Shown here: piece after piece, positions 21,526 to 35,320 of the stretch | Layout of the letters: the number at the start of each line of letters is the position of its first letter | Position numbering within the stretch: position 1 is the first letter of the stretch | Source: Botryllus schlosseri | Lineage: Eukaryota | NCBI GenBank assembly: GCA_051294905.1 | Contig: CM119374.1 | Location: 11,532,001-11,596,000 of the forward strand | Reading direction: 5' to 3' | DNA length: 64,000 nucleotides | Translations under genes and position numbers: made by a program | The notes under the pieces: model-generated | Told to the model about the DNA's origin: nothing | Databases searched by the model: none | What the model saw: only the letters and a program-made list of their open reading frames with translations

Positions 21526-24086
21526 CGGTTGGTGGGATTCCATGCTTGAAACGCTAAATATGATAATGTTAAAATTGTTTTGCACGCCAGTTGGTAATAG
21601 TTTGACATTTTGGCACGCATACACACGGAGGCTTTCCGGCCCCAGCCAGACCGAACATAATGAGCCATTGATGTATTGTCCATTATTTCTTGCTGTTTAT
21701 TAAACAAAATGTTGCGCTCTATCACCTATTGGTCTTTTGCATCATGGTCACTCATTGGTCAACGGAAGAAATAGGAATATGCGAGAAATAACATTCCGGC
21801 GCAAATATCATGAATTTTCGTTAAGTGTCGTTCACGTGGCGCGCGGCGTTGAAATAAGCTCAGGTTCTACGATAAGATTCGCCAAGAACTACTGAGATTG
21901 TGTAGGGATGGTTGAGGCTCCTGTGCAAGACTATAACAGCACTTCGTCAGCCCCCCAAAATGTTACTATTTGACCCCCATAGGGTGATGGACCGAACTTC
22001 TGTTGGGGCTTCGCCCCGCTTCCCCCAGACAACCCTAACGCTATCCTCATTTGGACGCTAGTTATCATCTCCATTCGTTGTCTGTTTAGTGACTGAACAT
22101 GTATAACCTAAACTCAGATCGCCAGGACAGGGACATTCGGCGCCTAATATGGACAATTGAACACATATGTCTATATATCGAAGTTTTCGGTCAGCACAAG
22201 GACAGTCCTTTTCGGTCAAGGTCTTCTCGCTGCTGATCGTTCTGGCACACCTCTCGGAGGCGCGTGGTATACATGGCCTGTAACTGCATATGTCGCGGTA
22301 CGTCGTGGCGCGGTAAAGACCGACGCTGAAGTGTTCATTTCTATCGATCATGCGTATTTTGTTCGGGTAAGGGCACCCGATAATCAAGATATTCGATAAT
22401 ATTAAATTGCGCGCAGCGCGAAAAAATGTTTTGAAAAAGTTGCATAGATATCCGAAAAAATACTCTATGATTTATGTTAATTCAAGAAATAATTTTGGGT
22501 GCCCTTCGAGCTCGTCCCGCTCCAATTGAGGGGTTTGGGGAGTGGCAGTTACGGACTTGCTCCTATGAAGAAACCTCACAAGATGGCTGTCTTACGGGTT
22601 TCCAGATACCATGGATGAAAGTCTGCACTACTGCAGTTAGAATGTAAGAGACCTTTTCATGGAAAGGAATATACCGTAGCCTGTACACCTACGTCATTGA
22701 CTTTAGCAAGAGCCCTTTTGAATTTATCTCCCCTGAAGTCTTTCTTTTGTTTACATTCCTCCAGCAGGCTCTAAAACAAGAAGGAGCAATTCATAGTTCG
22801 CCGTGGTGCCGTGTGCCATTACTTCATATGAGCGACATGATACCTGAGCACTGAGGCTGTCACATATGTATAAAGTTTTTCAATTAGGAAGATATATAAA
22901 ATAGTCACGTCTAAAGCGATATCATTTTGGACTAACCTCAATGTGATCGATATAATTATCCATGTTGTATTCTATGCTGCATCAAAAACCAACTGATCCT
23001 TTCCTTTATCTGAAACTATACGTCGCTAAATTTGGTTCCCGATACGCTCGATATCGTTTAAATCGTAGTCAACTTCGTTTTCTAAACTCCTGTAGAGTTT
23101 TTATACATTCGCAGCAGTCGCTAGCAAGTATTGAATAGAGAACAATAGCGCGTGTATAAACAATAGGGCGTGTAAACAATAGTGTTACCCTTCTCCGTCT
23201 TTCAAGCTCTTCTGTCGGTAGGATACCATTTCAACCGCTGCTAGCATAATTATCTCTTCATTCTTAGATCAGTTGAACTTTATGATAGAACATCGATACA
23301 GGAGCGAATCAACACTTCGTCACCCACCCCCTAATATACATATTGGATTTTGAACCCCACGTAGAGTGATCATTCAGCCCTACTGTTGGAAGGACCACCC
23401 ACCCCCCTAGCACCCGATTTACTACACACACCAATCGTGATTCATGATGGTATCGAATGGCAGTGTATGAGTGTGTGTGTAGTGTGCGTTTGTGTGTGTG
23501 GGGGTGTGCATGTGTTCGGTGTTTAGTCGCGGTCTGCGCGAATTTGTTTATCGTTCTGAATTGAATTTCGTCTGTAATATTGTTAATTGCCCATATAGTA
23601 GGTATATTAGTCTCTCTGTCAGCCGACGTCATCAAATTTATCGGTTGACCTGTCTCCCAGAATTTAGGGCGCGTATGTTAAATCTGTAGACAGGACTATT
23701 GTTAATAATTATACTTTGATGTGTGTTTTTATTTCGTTAACTCCCGTCAGGATCGGGCTATATTCAAAAGACATTGATCAAACTAAAATACCAAACTATA
23801 AAAGAAAAACTTATTTCGTGAGACGCACACGATTTTAAATTGACATTTCGTCACAAAACACATCATATTCCCCTGCGGGTTGCACTGATACTATATAGGT
23901 CTCCGATTAAAAGGACAAGACTATTTCGATCCGGCTATTTAGACAATGGACATCGAAGGTTTGAACCAATATTTTCAGCTATGGTTTCCTTGTCCCGATC
24001 TGTTTGGCAGCACAGTTCGCGGATTGGCATATGGGCCGAAATTTCATTTGTTGTGATGTGTCTTGGCCGATCTAAAAGCCTTATAA

Positions 24087-24240
24087 CAGTGTTGGGGTGA
24101 CTCGAGTCAACTTTTTCGTATGACTTGACTTGACTCGAGTCAATTTGCAAAACTAACTAGACTTGACTTGACTCGGTGCTTCAGAAATTTGGCTTGACTC
24201 GTAACTCGAAGCAAAATTTACAAGTCAATTTCAAGTCATC
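24087..24240. mobile_element. Fragment of CAGTGTTGGG / GACTCGAGTC MITE family (copy at 32077-32230)
   Basis: Matches the left part of 37848-38754. Confidence 0.75.
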
Positions 24241-24533
24241 GAGTAATCGGTGTCGACTAAATTGATGTATCGTGTATCAGTTCGGATTGTATCGATACGT
24301 TGTTGTGACCACTGAGCTATATATACGATACGCTGTTGTGACCTGCGACAGCAACCAATCACTCAAGACTTTGAAAAAAACGGATTTGCGAAATTTTGTC
24401 AAATTTGGATCGGATTAGGATTAGAGATTTTTTTCAGAATGGATTAGGATTTGGATTGGATTTATCTATTTTCTCGCAGATTGGATATGTCATGTGGCGA
24501 ATGGCGTCAAACTTTATTCAGATCAGTTATTAT

Positions 24534-25566
24534 TAGGGCCATTTAAAGTCATTAAAGTCATATTTTTTTCTATGCATCAGTAAGTCGTGAAATCAATTTT
24601 AACGCAAAAATCGCATCTGTATGGGGTATATTAAGAAAGTTATAAAGTCATATAAAGTCATATTTTCCTGGTTAGGTCATATTTGAGTTAATAACTCATA
24701 TTGTTGTATACTTTAAATAAAAAGTGCCAATTGAAGCAATCACGCACTAAGAAAGTAAGGCAATTTCTGATTGAACGAAGGCAAACTGTAAGGTTAGCCT
24801 ACATAACATTACAGTCGCAGACCCATGAGGTCACACATTGCATTATGAGGTCACACATTGCATTGTGTTGCTACCCAATCTGTTTTACTTCTGTGCACTG
24901 AAGTGGGACGTCATTTGAAGCTCAGAGACTTCCACAAGTGAAAGAAATAGTCAACGCATGGGAAGCTGAAGAAGTTATTGTAAAGAGCGTCAAAGATTCA
25001 GTGAACGATCCAAAGTTGACGAGTCAGAACAGAAATATGCCTCCACTACAACAATATTTCCAACTTGATACTGAAAATGGAAAGTTGTGCGTACACTATC
25101 AAAGAGGCTCATGCTGATCTAAATGCCTTCGATTTCGGAAAAGATCCGCTTGAGCTCAAAAATTACATTAAGAAGCGATTGGACAAAAACGATATGAAAC
25201 AAATTATGGAGCTACAAAGACAAGACCTTTCACCAGCGCTGTATGCAAAACTGCAGAAGTGTCAACCAACATCAGCGTCTGTGGAGCGATCATTTTCCTT
25301 ACTAAAGTCATTTTTACGTCCAAATCGTAACTTTAAACACTCCAACATTCCACACTACATGAAAATGTACTACAAAAGCGGTTTAAAATAAAAATGGATG
25401 TGTATCACTGTTATGTTGTTCATGTTTACTCGTCACTCGTCACTTCCATGAGCGACGTTGGTTACATGTAAAAATACACGATTTTCGCATAAAGTCATAT
25501 AAAGTCATATTTTCCCAAAAATAAAGTCATATAATTGATTTTTTAAGGTCATATAAAATGGCCCTA
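24534..25566 (+). mobile_element. Internally deleted hAT transposon (1033 bp) with dimerisation-domain ORF
   Basis: TIR TAGGGCCATTT / AAATGGCCCTA; perfect TSD GTTATTAT (24526-24533, 25567-25574); AAAGTCATAT subterminal repeats; ORF 25065-25391 with QPTSASVERSFSLLK. Confidence 0.93.
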
Positions 25567-25602
25567 GTTATTATTGCACTTATGCTACACTACGGTACAC
25601 TA

Positions 25603-27700
25603 CGTGCGTAGTTTGAGTGCCAACTACTAGGATGTCATCCATATGGAAAATCACGTTTGGGATTCCTTGCAGGATTTCACTGATACGTTTTTGGAACGCT
25701 TCCGGTGCGCTCGAGATGCCAAATGGTAAGCGACGAAATTGGTATCTCCCAAACGGTGTGATAAACGTTGTCAACTTTCGACTTTCAGGGGCGAGCTCAA
25801 TTTGATAAAATCCAGAGTTTGCGTCCAGCTTAGTGAAGACCGTCCCCTTTGACAGTTGCCCCAAAGTGCTTTCGACTGTAGGCATAGGGTACAGCTCCCT
25901 TTTTACCCCATTATTGAGCTTGGTTAGGTCTACACACAGTCGCACCTTTCCGTCTGGTTTGGCTACGACTACGATTGGAGCACACCAATCTGTAGGTCCC
26001 GTCACTTCTTCTATGATACCGAGCTCCTCAAGCTTTTCTATCTCCTCTTTGAGTTTCTGGCGCAATGGGATTGGCACACGACGTGGCAAATTCAAACAGA
26101 AGGGCTCAACGCCGTCTTTCATGTGAATAGTAAACGGCTCTCCCAGTTTGCCAATGCCCTTGAATAGCTCTGGGTATGCTTTCTTGACGTCCTCTTTGCT
26201 CCGCAAACGACTCTCAGGGGTAAGTTTGACTGCCCTGATGGATACTTGAACGTCCTGGCACTCTTGAAGAAGTCCAAGTTCCAGTATAGCAGGAGCGCCA
26301 AGGAGTAGCATATCCGCATCCGATACAATGTAGACTTTCTCTGTTAACGTCTTGAAGTCGGAGCGGAGTTTCATCCGTACATAACCAACAGTATTGAGAG
26401 GTTGTCGATTAACTCCAATGAGCCGTCTATCAGATTTCTGTATAGGCCCATATTGTCTCTCGTACAATCGCCGCGGCATGACAGACACTTCTGCTCCAGA
26501 GTCTATAATCCATTTCAGAGTGTTGTTAACGACTCTCAACATGATAGTCCACTGGATAGTCTTAGTAGCTTGTGCTGAACCTACCGATGCTTCTGCTTCT
26601 TGGGTTTCGCCCACGCTTCCACACATTGCGTCTGGAAGTTCTTCCTCGTCATAACACCCAGCGCTTGGTTCTTCCTCAATCGTTTCGCTATCCAGCACGC
26701 GTACATTTCTACTTCTGCACCTTTCCTTATAATGGCCCGTTCTACCACATCTGTAGCATTTTACTGAGGCTGCTGGACAGAACCCTCTGCCTCTTTTGTG
26801 CCGTCGACCGCAAAATGTGCAGTTTATTATAGGCACAGTTTCAACTGCAGGCTTCTTAAAAGTTTGAGGTCTCGCTTTGTTGGCCACCACTTCTATTGCT
26901 GTAGGTGCAGATCTCCGATCAGCATAGCTCCGTCTCGTCTCGTGGGTAGTCACAACGTCGATGATCTTCTGAGACGTTAGCTTGTCAAAGTCGATTTCCG
27001 ATAGCTTGTACAACATCTCAGAATCATCTACGCACCCGACAATAAGTTTACCCCGAACGGTTGCGTCATATACTGCTGGAGGAAATTAGCATTTTCGTGC
27101 AGCCTTTCTGACTGCATGTATCCAAGATGCAAATGATTCACCCTCCTTGCGTTGTAAGAAATGGAAGAATTGAAGGTGTGCTTCAAACCTGCCATCCCGA
27201 ACCTTGAAACGTTCATCAAACTTCTTCAAGACGGTATCAAGGTCAGTTTTGTCTTCTGCTGAAACTGCTTCCACACCGTCTGATTCTGCGACTGCTTCAG
27301 CAAACACGAAATCCTGGTATAAATCCTTTCCTTCCTTGCCTATGTAATGCAGTAATAATCCAACTTTCTGGCGCCCAGATGATTCAACATGACCTGCTGC
27401 ATCGATAAAGATCAGGAATTTCTTTTTCCATTCCAACCAGGCTTCTGCCTCATTCACGGCGCCTATTATTGTGAGATCCCCCGGACCTAATACAACGGCC
27501 GCCATAATCTAGTTATTAGGCTAGTTCGAAGTTATCCGCTACCACCATGTAGTATTATCACTGAGCTTCTAGCTGTCTACTTAGACAGATACCTTTACAA
27601 GTCGGATTCGAAGTGTATTCTCCACAGATCACATGCTTGTCTGTCATCAAAACAATACGGAACCCATCGCATGCTCAATCAAGCATATCATAACACCACA
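25603..27700 (-). mobile_element. Duplicated, 3'-truncated Gypsy copy (5' LTR 27548-27700, PBS, gag, PR, RT cut just after HMDD)
   Basis: Identical to 17613-19710 except one SNP; ORF 25580-27016 reads through the junction and ends VVYRSVA*. Confidence 0.95.
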
Positions 27701-29191
27701 GCAACTCACCACAAACGATAAAACGCTTCCTTGCACAAAGATTCATTCCCTACGAGGGTCGAGAACTCTGCGGTATGGCTTGTCATATTTCCAGCTCCAT
27801 CCGTTGATGAACCAATCAACTTCATGCGCCAATCACAACACAAAGCGTCCATGAGCTTGATAAATTGATCAGCATAAACTTTCCCTGTGTGTGAGAGAGC
27901 AAACAGTGCTATGGCAAGAAGATGGAACTCATTCGTGACTTCAGCGCTGCCTTCAAATCCAACAACCGATGGGAATCGAATCCTCAAATCAAGGTGGGAG
28001 TCCTGTGAAACCTTATTGTTCGACTCATCGCAGCCAATGGAGAGTGCCCACGACGCTTTCATGATTTCAGACAGCGTCTGCAAACCAATCTCACATGCAA
28101 TACGCGACATTTTCGAGGCTTCTCCCGGTGATATGGTGCCCACTTTCGTAGCAGCAGCAGCCAAATTTTCTCGATCAGATCGCACAACTTTTGCAACCTG
28201 ACGAAAGCTGAGAGCTGCAGCAACACAATCAAGCACATGGTTAAATTGTGCCTTGTTTCGAATGGAAACACTGTAGGATATCAGGTCACCGGCTTCGTTC
28301 TTCACCGGCGTGAACGCACGCATCGCGATGTCTCCAGCCAATGACTCTTCGGTCGAGTCGAACAACATCTCTTTGACGACGACCTCGACAATCTACTTGT
28401 CAATGGAGTATGACAACCTCCCGTTCACGTCGTCCTTCTTGAAAAAGAACGCTTGCAGCTGAGCCTGAGAGAAGAACTCTTTGAAAGCGTCCGGCGCTTC
28501 TTCCTGATTATCTCTTGCTTGAATGTACTCCTTCCACTTATTCGGATCCTGTTGTTGCATATGCTTGAGAATGTTTCCTGGATTGAACTTGTCCTTCGTG
28601 AACGTTTGGAATGCCTTGGTGTTCTTGCATTTCCGAACTGCTGCATCAGTTAGATGGGTTTCACGACCAAACACTTGGCAGAAAGAACACACAGCGGAAT
28701 CAACGACGCCTCTGGCATCACGGCTTGCAACGCGTGTGCCGAATCGCTCAACGTAGGCCTTCTGAAATGGATACCTGCGTTCAGGAGGCATGTTGTTATA
28801 TGCTGTAGACGCAGTGCCGTTCTTGCCACGTAGCCACAATCACAGTGGCGCTTATACTCCCATAGATTGCATTGCTTTGTTCTTTACTTTGTCCTAACAC
28901 TTACTGACCGCAGAAACCAATCGTAACTGATCGCAGGGTAACATTTCACGGCTTGCAAGTTGCAACGCCTATGCCGAGTCGATCAACGTATAGGCTTTCT
29001 GACATGGATACTTGCGTCCAGGAGGCATGTTCAACAAGGTTAAGTAAGGAATGACAAGTGCCAGGAGCTGCTCACGGCCTAGGAAGCGCCCCACGGCCTG
29101 CCGTACGGCAGATTAATATATCGCACTTTTCGAGGCTTAATATATCTCATTGCGATATATTAAGGCAATTGCGATATATTAAATCGGCCTG
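27701..29191 (-). pseudogene. Duplicated hAT-like transposase 5' part and terminus
   Basis: Copy of 19711-21201 at +7990. Confidence 0.82.
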
Positions 29192-32100
29192 ACAATACCG
29201 TACCAGTCGACTTCTGATGTTCTGGCAGAATTTATTACTATATTTTCCACTCGGAAAATGGCTGGAAATTTAAGGTGATAACCACTTTTTTCTGCATGCG
29301 TATTTTCGGCCTAACTCTTCGAGTAACTTGGTCGGTGCTCGAAAATTGTCATGCCTTATACCTATGAATTAGGTATCATATAATTTATAAGATTGCTAGC
29401 TTTTCGTACAAACCGAAATGAAGCCGCCAAGATGTAGGCTACAAGTACATAAATGAAGATATTACCAGATGAAGTTGGCCGATGCCACCAGTGGCATCCG
29501 ATTTTAAAAGATAAGCGGTTGGTGGGATTCCATGCTTGAAACGCTAAATATGATAATGTTAAAATTGTTTTGCACGCCAGTTGGTAATAGTTTGACATTT
29601 TGGCACGCATACACACGGAGGCTTTCCGGCCCCAGCCAGACCGAACATAATGAGCCATTGATGTATTGTCCATTATTTCTTGCTGTTTATTAAACAAAAT
29701 GTTGCGCTCTATCACCTATTGGTCTTTTGCATCATGGTCACTCATTGGTCAACGGAAGAAATAGGAATATGCGAGAAATAACATTCCGGCGCAAATATCA
29801 TGAATTTTCGTTAAGTGTCGTTCACGTGGCGCGCGGCGTTGAAATAAGCTCAGGTTCTACGATAAGATTCGCCAAGAACTACTGAGATTGTGTAGGGATG
29901 GTTGAGGCTCCTGTGCAAGACTATAACAGCACTTCGTCAGCCCCCCAAAATGTTACTATTTGACCCCCATAGGGTGATGGACCGAACTTCTGTTGGGGCT
30001 TCGCCCCGCTTCCCCCAGACAACCCTAACGCTATCCTCATTTGGACGCTAGTTATCATCTCCATTCGTTGTCTGTTTAGTGACTGAACATGTATAACCTA
30101 AACTCAGATCGCCAGGACAGGGACATTCGGCGCCTAATATGGACAATTGAACACATATGTCTATATATCGAAGTTTTCGGTCAGCACAAGGACAGTCCTT
30201 TTCGGTCAAGGTCTTCTCGCTGCTGATCGTTCTGGCACACCTCTCGGAGGCGCGTGGTATACATGGCCTGTAACTGCATATGTCGCGGTACGTCGTGGCG
30301 CGGTAAAGACCGACGCTGAAGTGTTCATTTCTATCGATCATGCGTATTTTGTTCGGGTAAGGGCACCCGATAATCAAGATATTCGATAATATTAAATTGC
30401 GCGCAGCGCGAAAAAATGTTTTGAAAAAGTTGCATAGATATCCGAAAAAATACTCTATGATTTATGTTAATTCAAGAAATAATTTTGGGTGCCCTTCGAG
30501 CTCGTCCCGCTCCAATTGAGGGGTTTGGGGAGTGGCAGTTACGGACTTGCTCCTATGAAGAAACCTCACAAGATGGCTGTCTTACGGGTTTCCAGATACC
30601 ATGGATGAAAGTCTGCACTACTGCAGTTAGAATGTAAGAGACCTTTTCATGGAAAGGAATATACCGTAGCCTGTACACCTACGTCATTGACTTTAGCAAG
30701 AGCCCTTTTGAATTTATCTCCCCTGAAGTCTTTCTTTTGTTTACATTCCTCCAGCAGGCTCTAAAACAAGAAGGAGCAATTCATAGTTCGCCGTGGTGCC
30801 GTGTGCCATTACTTCATATGAGCGACATGATACCTGAGCACTGAGGCTGTCACATATGTATAAAGTTTTTCAATTAGGAAGATATATAAAATAGTCACGT
30901 CTAAAGCGATATCATTTTGGACTAACCTCAATGTGATCGATATAATTATCCATGTTGTATTCTATGCTGCATCAAAAACCAACTGATCCTTTCCTTTATC
31001 TGAAACTATACGTCGCTAAATTTGGTTCCCGATACGCTCGATATCGTTTAAATCGTAGTCAACTTCGTTTTCTAAACTCCTGTAGAGTTTTTATACATTC
31101 GCAGCAGTCGCTAGCAAGTATTGAATAGAGAACAATAGCGCGTGTATAAACAATAGGGCGTGTAAACAATAGTGTTACCCTTCTCCGTCTTTCAAGCTCT
31201 TCTGTCGGTAGGATACCATTTCAACCGCTGCTAGCATAATTATCTCTTCATTCTTAGATCAGTTGAACTTTATGATAGAACATCGATACAGGAGCGAATC
31301 AACACTTCGTCACCCACCCCCTAATATACATATTGGATTTTGAACCCCACGTAGAGTGATCATTCAGCCCTACTGTTGGAAGGACCACCCACCCCCCTAG
31401 CACCCGATTTACTACACACACCAATCGTGATTCATGATGGTATCGAATGGCAGTGTATGAGTGTGTGTGTAGTGTGCGTTTGTGTGTGTGGGGGTGTGCA
31501 TGTGTTCGGTGTTTAGTCGCGGTCTGCGCGAATTTGTTTATCGTTCTGAATTGAATTTCGTCTGTAATATTGTTAATTGCCCATATAGTAGGTATATTAG
31601 TCTCTCTGTCAGCCGACGTCATCAAATTTATCGGTTGACCTGTCTCCCAGAATTTAGGGCGCGTATGTTAAATCTGTAGACAGGACTATTGTTAATAATT
31701 ATACTTTGATGTGTGTTTTTATTTCGTTAACTCCCGTCAGGATCGGGCTATATTCAAAAGACATTGATCAAACTAAAATACCAAACTATAAAAGAAAAAC
31801 TTATTTCGTGAGACGCACACGATTTTAAATTGACATTTCGTCACAAAACACATCATATTCCCCTGCGGGTTGCACTGATACTATATAGGTCTCCGATTAA
31901 AAGGACAAGACTATTTCGATCCGGCTATTTAGACAATGGACATCGAAGGTTTGAACCAATATTTTCAGCTATGGTTTCCTTGTCCCGATCTGTTTGGCAG
32001 CACAGTTCGCGGATTGGCATATGGGCCGAAATTTCATTTGTTGTGATGTGTCTTGGCCGATCTAAAAGCCTTATAACAGTGTTGGGGTGACTCGAGTCAA

Positions 32101-32523
32101 CTTTTTCGTATGACTTGACTTGACTCGAGTCAATTTGCAAAACTAACTAGACTTGACTTGACTCGGTGCTTCAGAAATTTGGCTTGACTCGTAACTCGAA
32201 GCAAAATTTACAAGTCAATTTCAAGTCATCGAGTAATCGGTGTCGACTAAATTGATGTATCGTGTATCAGTTCGGATTGTATCGATACGTTGTTGTGACC
32301 ACTGAGCTATATATACGATACGCTGTTGTGACCTGCGACAGCAACCAATCACTCAAGACTTTGAAAAAAACGGATTTGCGAAATTTTGTCAAATTTGGAT
32401 CGGATTAGGATTAGAGATTTTTTTCAGAATGGATTAGGATTTGGATTGGATTTATCTATTTTCTCGCAGATTGGATATGTCATGTGGCGAATGGCGTCAA
32501 ACTTTATTCAGATCAGTTATTAT

Positions 32524-33556
32524 TAGGGCCATTTAAAGTCATTAAAGTCATATTTTTTTCTATGCATCAGTAAGTCGTGAAATCAATTTTAACGCAAAAA
32601 TCGCATCTGTATGGGGTATATTAAGAAAGTTATAAAGTCATATAAAGTCATATTTTCCTGGTTAGGTCATATTTGAGTTAATAACTCATATTGTTGTATA
32701 CTTTAAATAAAAAGTGCCAATTGAAGCAATCACGCACTAAGAAAGTAAGGCAATTTCTGATTGAACGAAGGCAAACTGTAAGGTTAGCCTACATAACATT
32801 ACAGTCGCAGACCCATGAGGTCACACATTGCATTATGAGGTCACACATTGCATTGTGTTGCTACCCAATCTGTTTTACTTCTGTGCACTGAAGTGGGACG
32901 TCATTTGAAGCTCAGAGACTTCCACAAGTGAAAGAAATAGTCAACGCATGGGAAGCTGAAGAAGTTATTGTAAAGAGCGTCAAAGATTCAGTGAACGATC
33001 CAAAGTTGACGAGTCAGAACAGAAATATGCCTCCACTACAACAATATTTCCAACTTGATACTGAAAATGGAAAGTTGTGCGTACACTATCAAAGAGGCTC
33101 ATGCTGATCTAAATGCCTTCGATTTCGGAAAAGATCCGCTTGAGCTCAAAAATTACATTAAGAAGCGATTGGACAAAAACGATATGAAACAAATTATGGA
33201 GCTACAAAGACAAGACCTTTCACCAGCGCTGTATGCAAAACTGCAGAAGTGTCAACCAACATCAGCGTCTGTGGAGCGATCATTTTCCTTACTAAAGTCA
33301 TTTTTACGTCCAAATCGTAACTTTAAACACTCCAACATTCCACACTACATGAAAATGTACTACAAAAGCGGTTTAAAATAAAAATGGATGTGTATCACTG
33401 TTATGTTGTTCATGTTTACTCGTCACTCGTCACTTCCATGAGCGACGTTGGTTACATGTAAAAATACACGATTTTCGCATAAAGTCATATAAAGTCATAT
33501 TTTCCCAAAAATAAAGTCATATAATTGATTTTTTAAGGTCATATAAAATGGCCCTA
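32524..33556 (+). mobile_element. Duplicated hAT deletion derivative
   Basis: Copy of 24534-25566 with the same GTTATTAT TSDs. Confidence 0.93.
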
Positions 33557-33590
33557 GTTATTATTGCACTTATGCTACACTACGGTACAC

Positions 33591-34565
33591 CAGTGACGTG
33601 CTGTGAGGTTCATGGCTGGTGAGGCACGGCCCCCCAACAGACACACACACACACAAACACTCACGCACGTAAAGTACCTGATAAAGCGACCCAAAATGTG
33701 AATAACAGCAGCGACACTTTCTTTGCACACTGAAAGCCGTTGCAATTCCACATTCTACAACACATGTAGGGCTGGTCGGGTTGGTCGCTATTGTGCTGAA
33801 TGGGCAAATTTAGACGGATTCTAATTAGTATCTCTTCAAGTACCGGTATAAATTATTCGAAGAGCATGAAAATAGCATCCTCATTTACAAATATTTTTCA
33901 GTAAAAAAACACACGGTTTGCCGAATTTCGAATGAAAATACACAAGGCCACGACTAGGTCAAGTAGGAGTGGCAACACTGACCATACAAACAACGACAAC
34001 ACAGGCTATGTAAGTATAGCTATCACATTCCACAATTAAGGATTATAGGTATTGCAGTTGAATACAGCATTAAGGCCACAAATAACGACAATGCAGTCTA
34101 TGAAAGTAGCTATCACATACCACAATTCAACGTATAGCTATGGATGGAAAATACATTTACAGCCACATATGTAAGGGAACGTATTTGCTCCGCATTGCGT
34201 ATTGGCCGTCGCTACTGTATAATTCCTACAAGAATGTTGTATTCCGAAATCGGCAGCGCGTTTCACTGTGCTGCGATTGTCCAATTGTTAGCGAATAGTG
34301 CATGAGGCAGATTCGTTTGTGCCTCACCTGGCCATTGTTTCTCTGCGATGGCATTGTCTGTAATGAAGCCGAATGTCACCTTCCTTGGTGATTTTTGGGG
34401 GGCTCTGGTACCCTGACACTGTTAAAATTTGGATTTTCGGAATCAGTGCGAGGATAGCATTTGATTGATACCAACTATTATGAATTCCGAGCTATTTTGA
34501 TGAATTGCATTGTCGCAGGTGAGGCACGACCCGCCCGTGCCTCACCTGTGCCTATCACCTCTCCT
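33591..34565. mobile_element. hAT-like element with intact left terminus and degraded right end
   Basis: CAGTGACGTGCTGTGAGGTTCATGGCTGGTGAGGCAC at 33591; GTGAGGCAC/GTGCCTCACC subterminal motifs near 34300-34560; no matching terminal CACGTCACTG. Confidence 0.6.
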
Positions 34566-34734
34566 TTCGCGTTGTATTTTGAATAGGAATTATTGAAAAT
34601 TGATGATTTTCGGTGACAAAATGTTCAAATTTAGAAAGGCCTACTTATGACTATCGATGTAAAATATCAACAATCATCGACTCATGGAGGGTTTTCACAA
34701 TTTTCACTTATTCACCCTGACAACAGGTGCCTGG

Positions 34735-34830
34735 ATGATACCTGAGTGATACCTGGGTGATACAGCTGATACTTGAGTGATACAGATGTGATACATCTGA
34801 TACACCTGATACAACTGATACACAGCTGCA
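34735..34830. repeat. Degenerate TGATAC-core minisatellite (9-11-bp units)
   Basis: About 9 repeats of (C/G)TGATAC(C/A)... Confidence 0.85.
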
Positions 34831-35095
34831 TATATATCGACAGGGCCGTTAGAAAATGTGGTGCCAACGAGGCAACAATTCTCAATCTTGTGAATGATTA
34901 TCGTAAAATTATGTGTATTCAACCATTAGTAAAAGCACAAGCATCTTATGAAATAGGCCTGCATCGGAGCTGGAGCTACCGTCAAACAACCAGCTCCGGC
35001 TCCGATTCTAGTTGATTTTTAGGTGGAACTCCGGCTCCGCTGAAAATGCACGTCTCCGGGGCTCCGGCTCGCTTGCTCCGGCTTCAAAAGCCCTG

Positions 35096-35320
35096 GTTTA
35101 ACAAGAATGACTTAAACTGGAAACTGAGCAGTCAACACAATGACTTGGACTCGGACTCGAGTCATAACACCATGACTCGGACTCGATCCTCTGCTCGATG
35201 ACTTGGACTCGTACTTGAATCGGTGGGGAATTGAAAATGCCTCGGCTTGACTCAGGTCAAAACTATAAAAGTCAGATTGACTTGTGACTCGGAGCCTATT
35301 GTGACTTGGTTACAACCCTG
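35096..35320. mobile_element. Right end of CAGGGTTGTAA / GACTCG-repeat MITE family
   Basis: Ends GACTTGGTTACAACCCTG; two-ended copies at 46927-47478 and 58832-59245 (TSDs not clean). Confidence 0.75.

Larger units (their letters stand above)
17613..33590. repeat. Tandem direct duplication: 17613-25600 and 25603-33590 (7988-bp unit, 2-nt TA junction)
   Basis: The ORF set recurs at an exact +7990 offset; one substitution seen (18471 T vs 26461 C, K to E); not exhaustively aligned. Confidence 0.97.

Noticed and set aside
21372-24901. Recurrent 65-117-aa ORFs as a conserved gene cluster
   Set aside because: They recur only because of the 7990-bp duplication and overlap MITE or low-complexity DNA.
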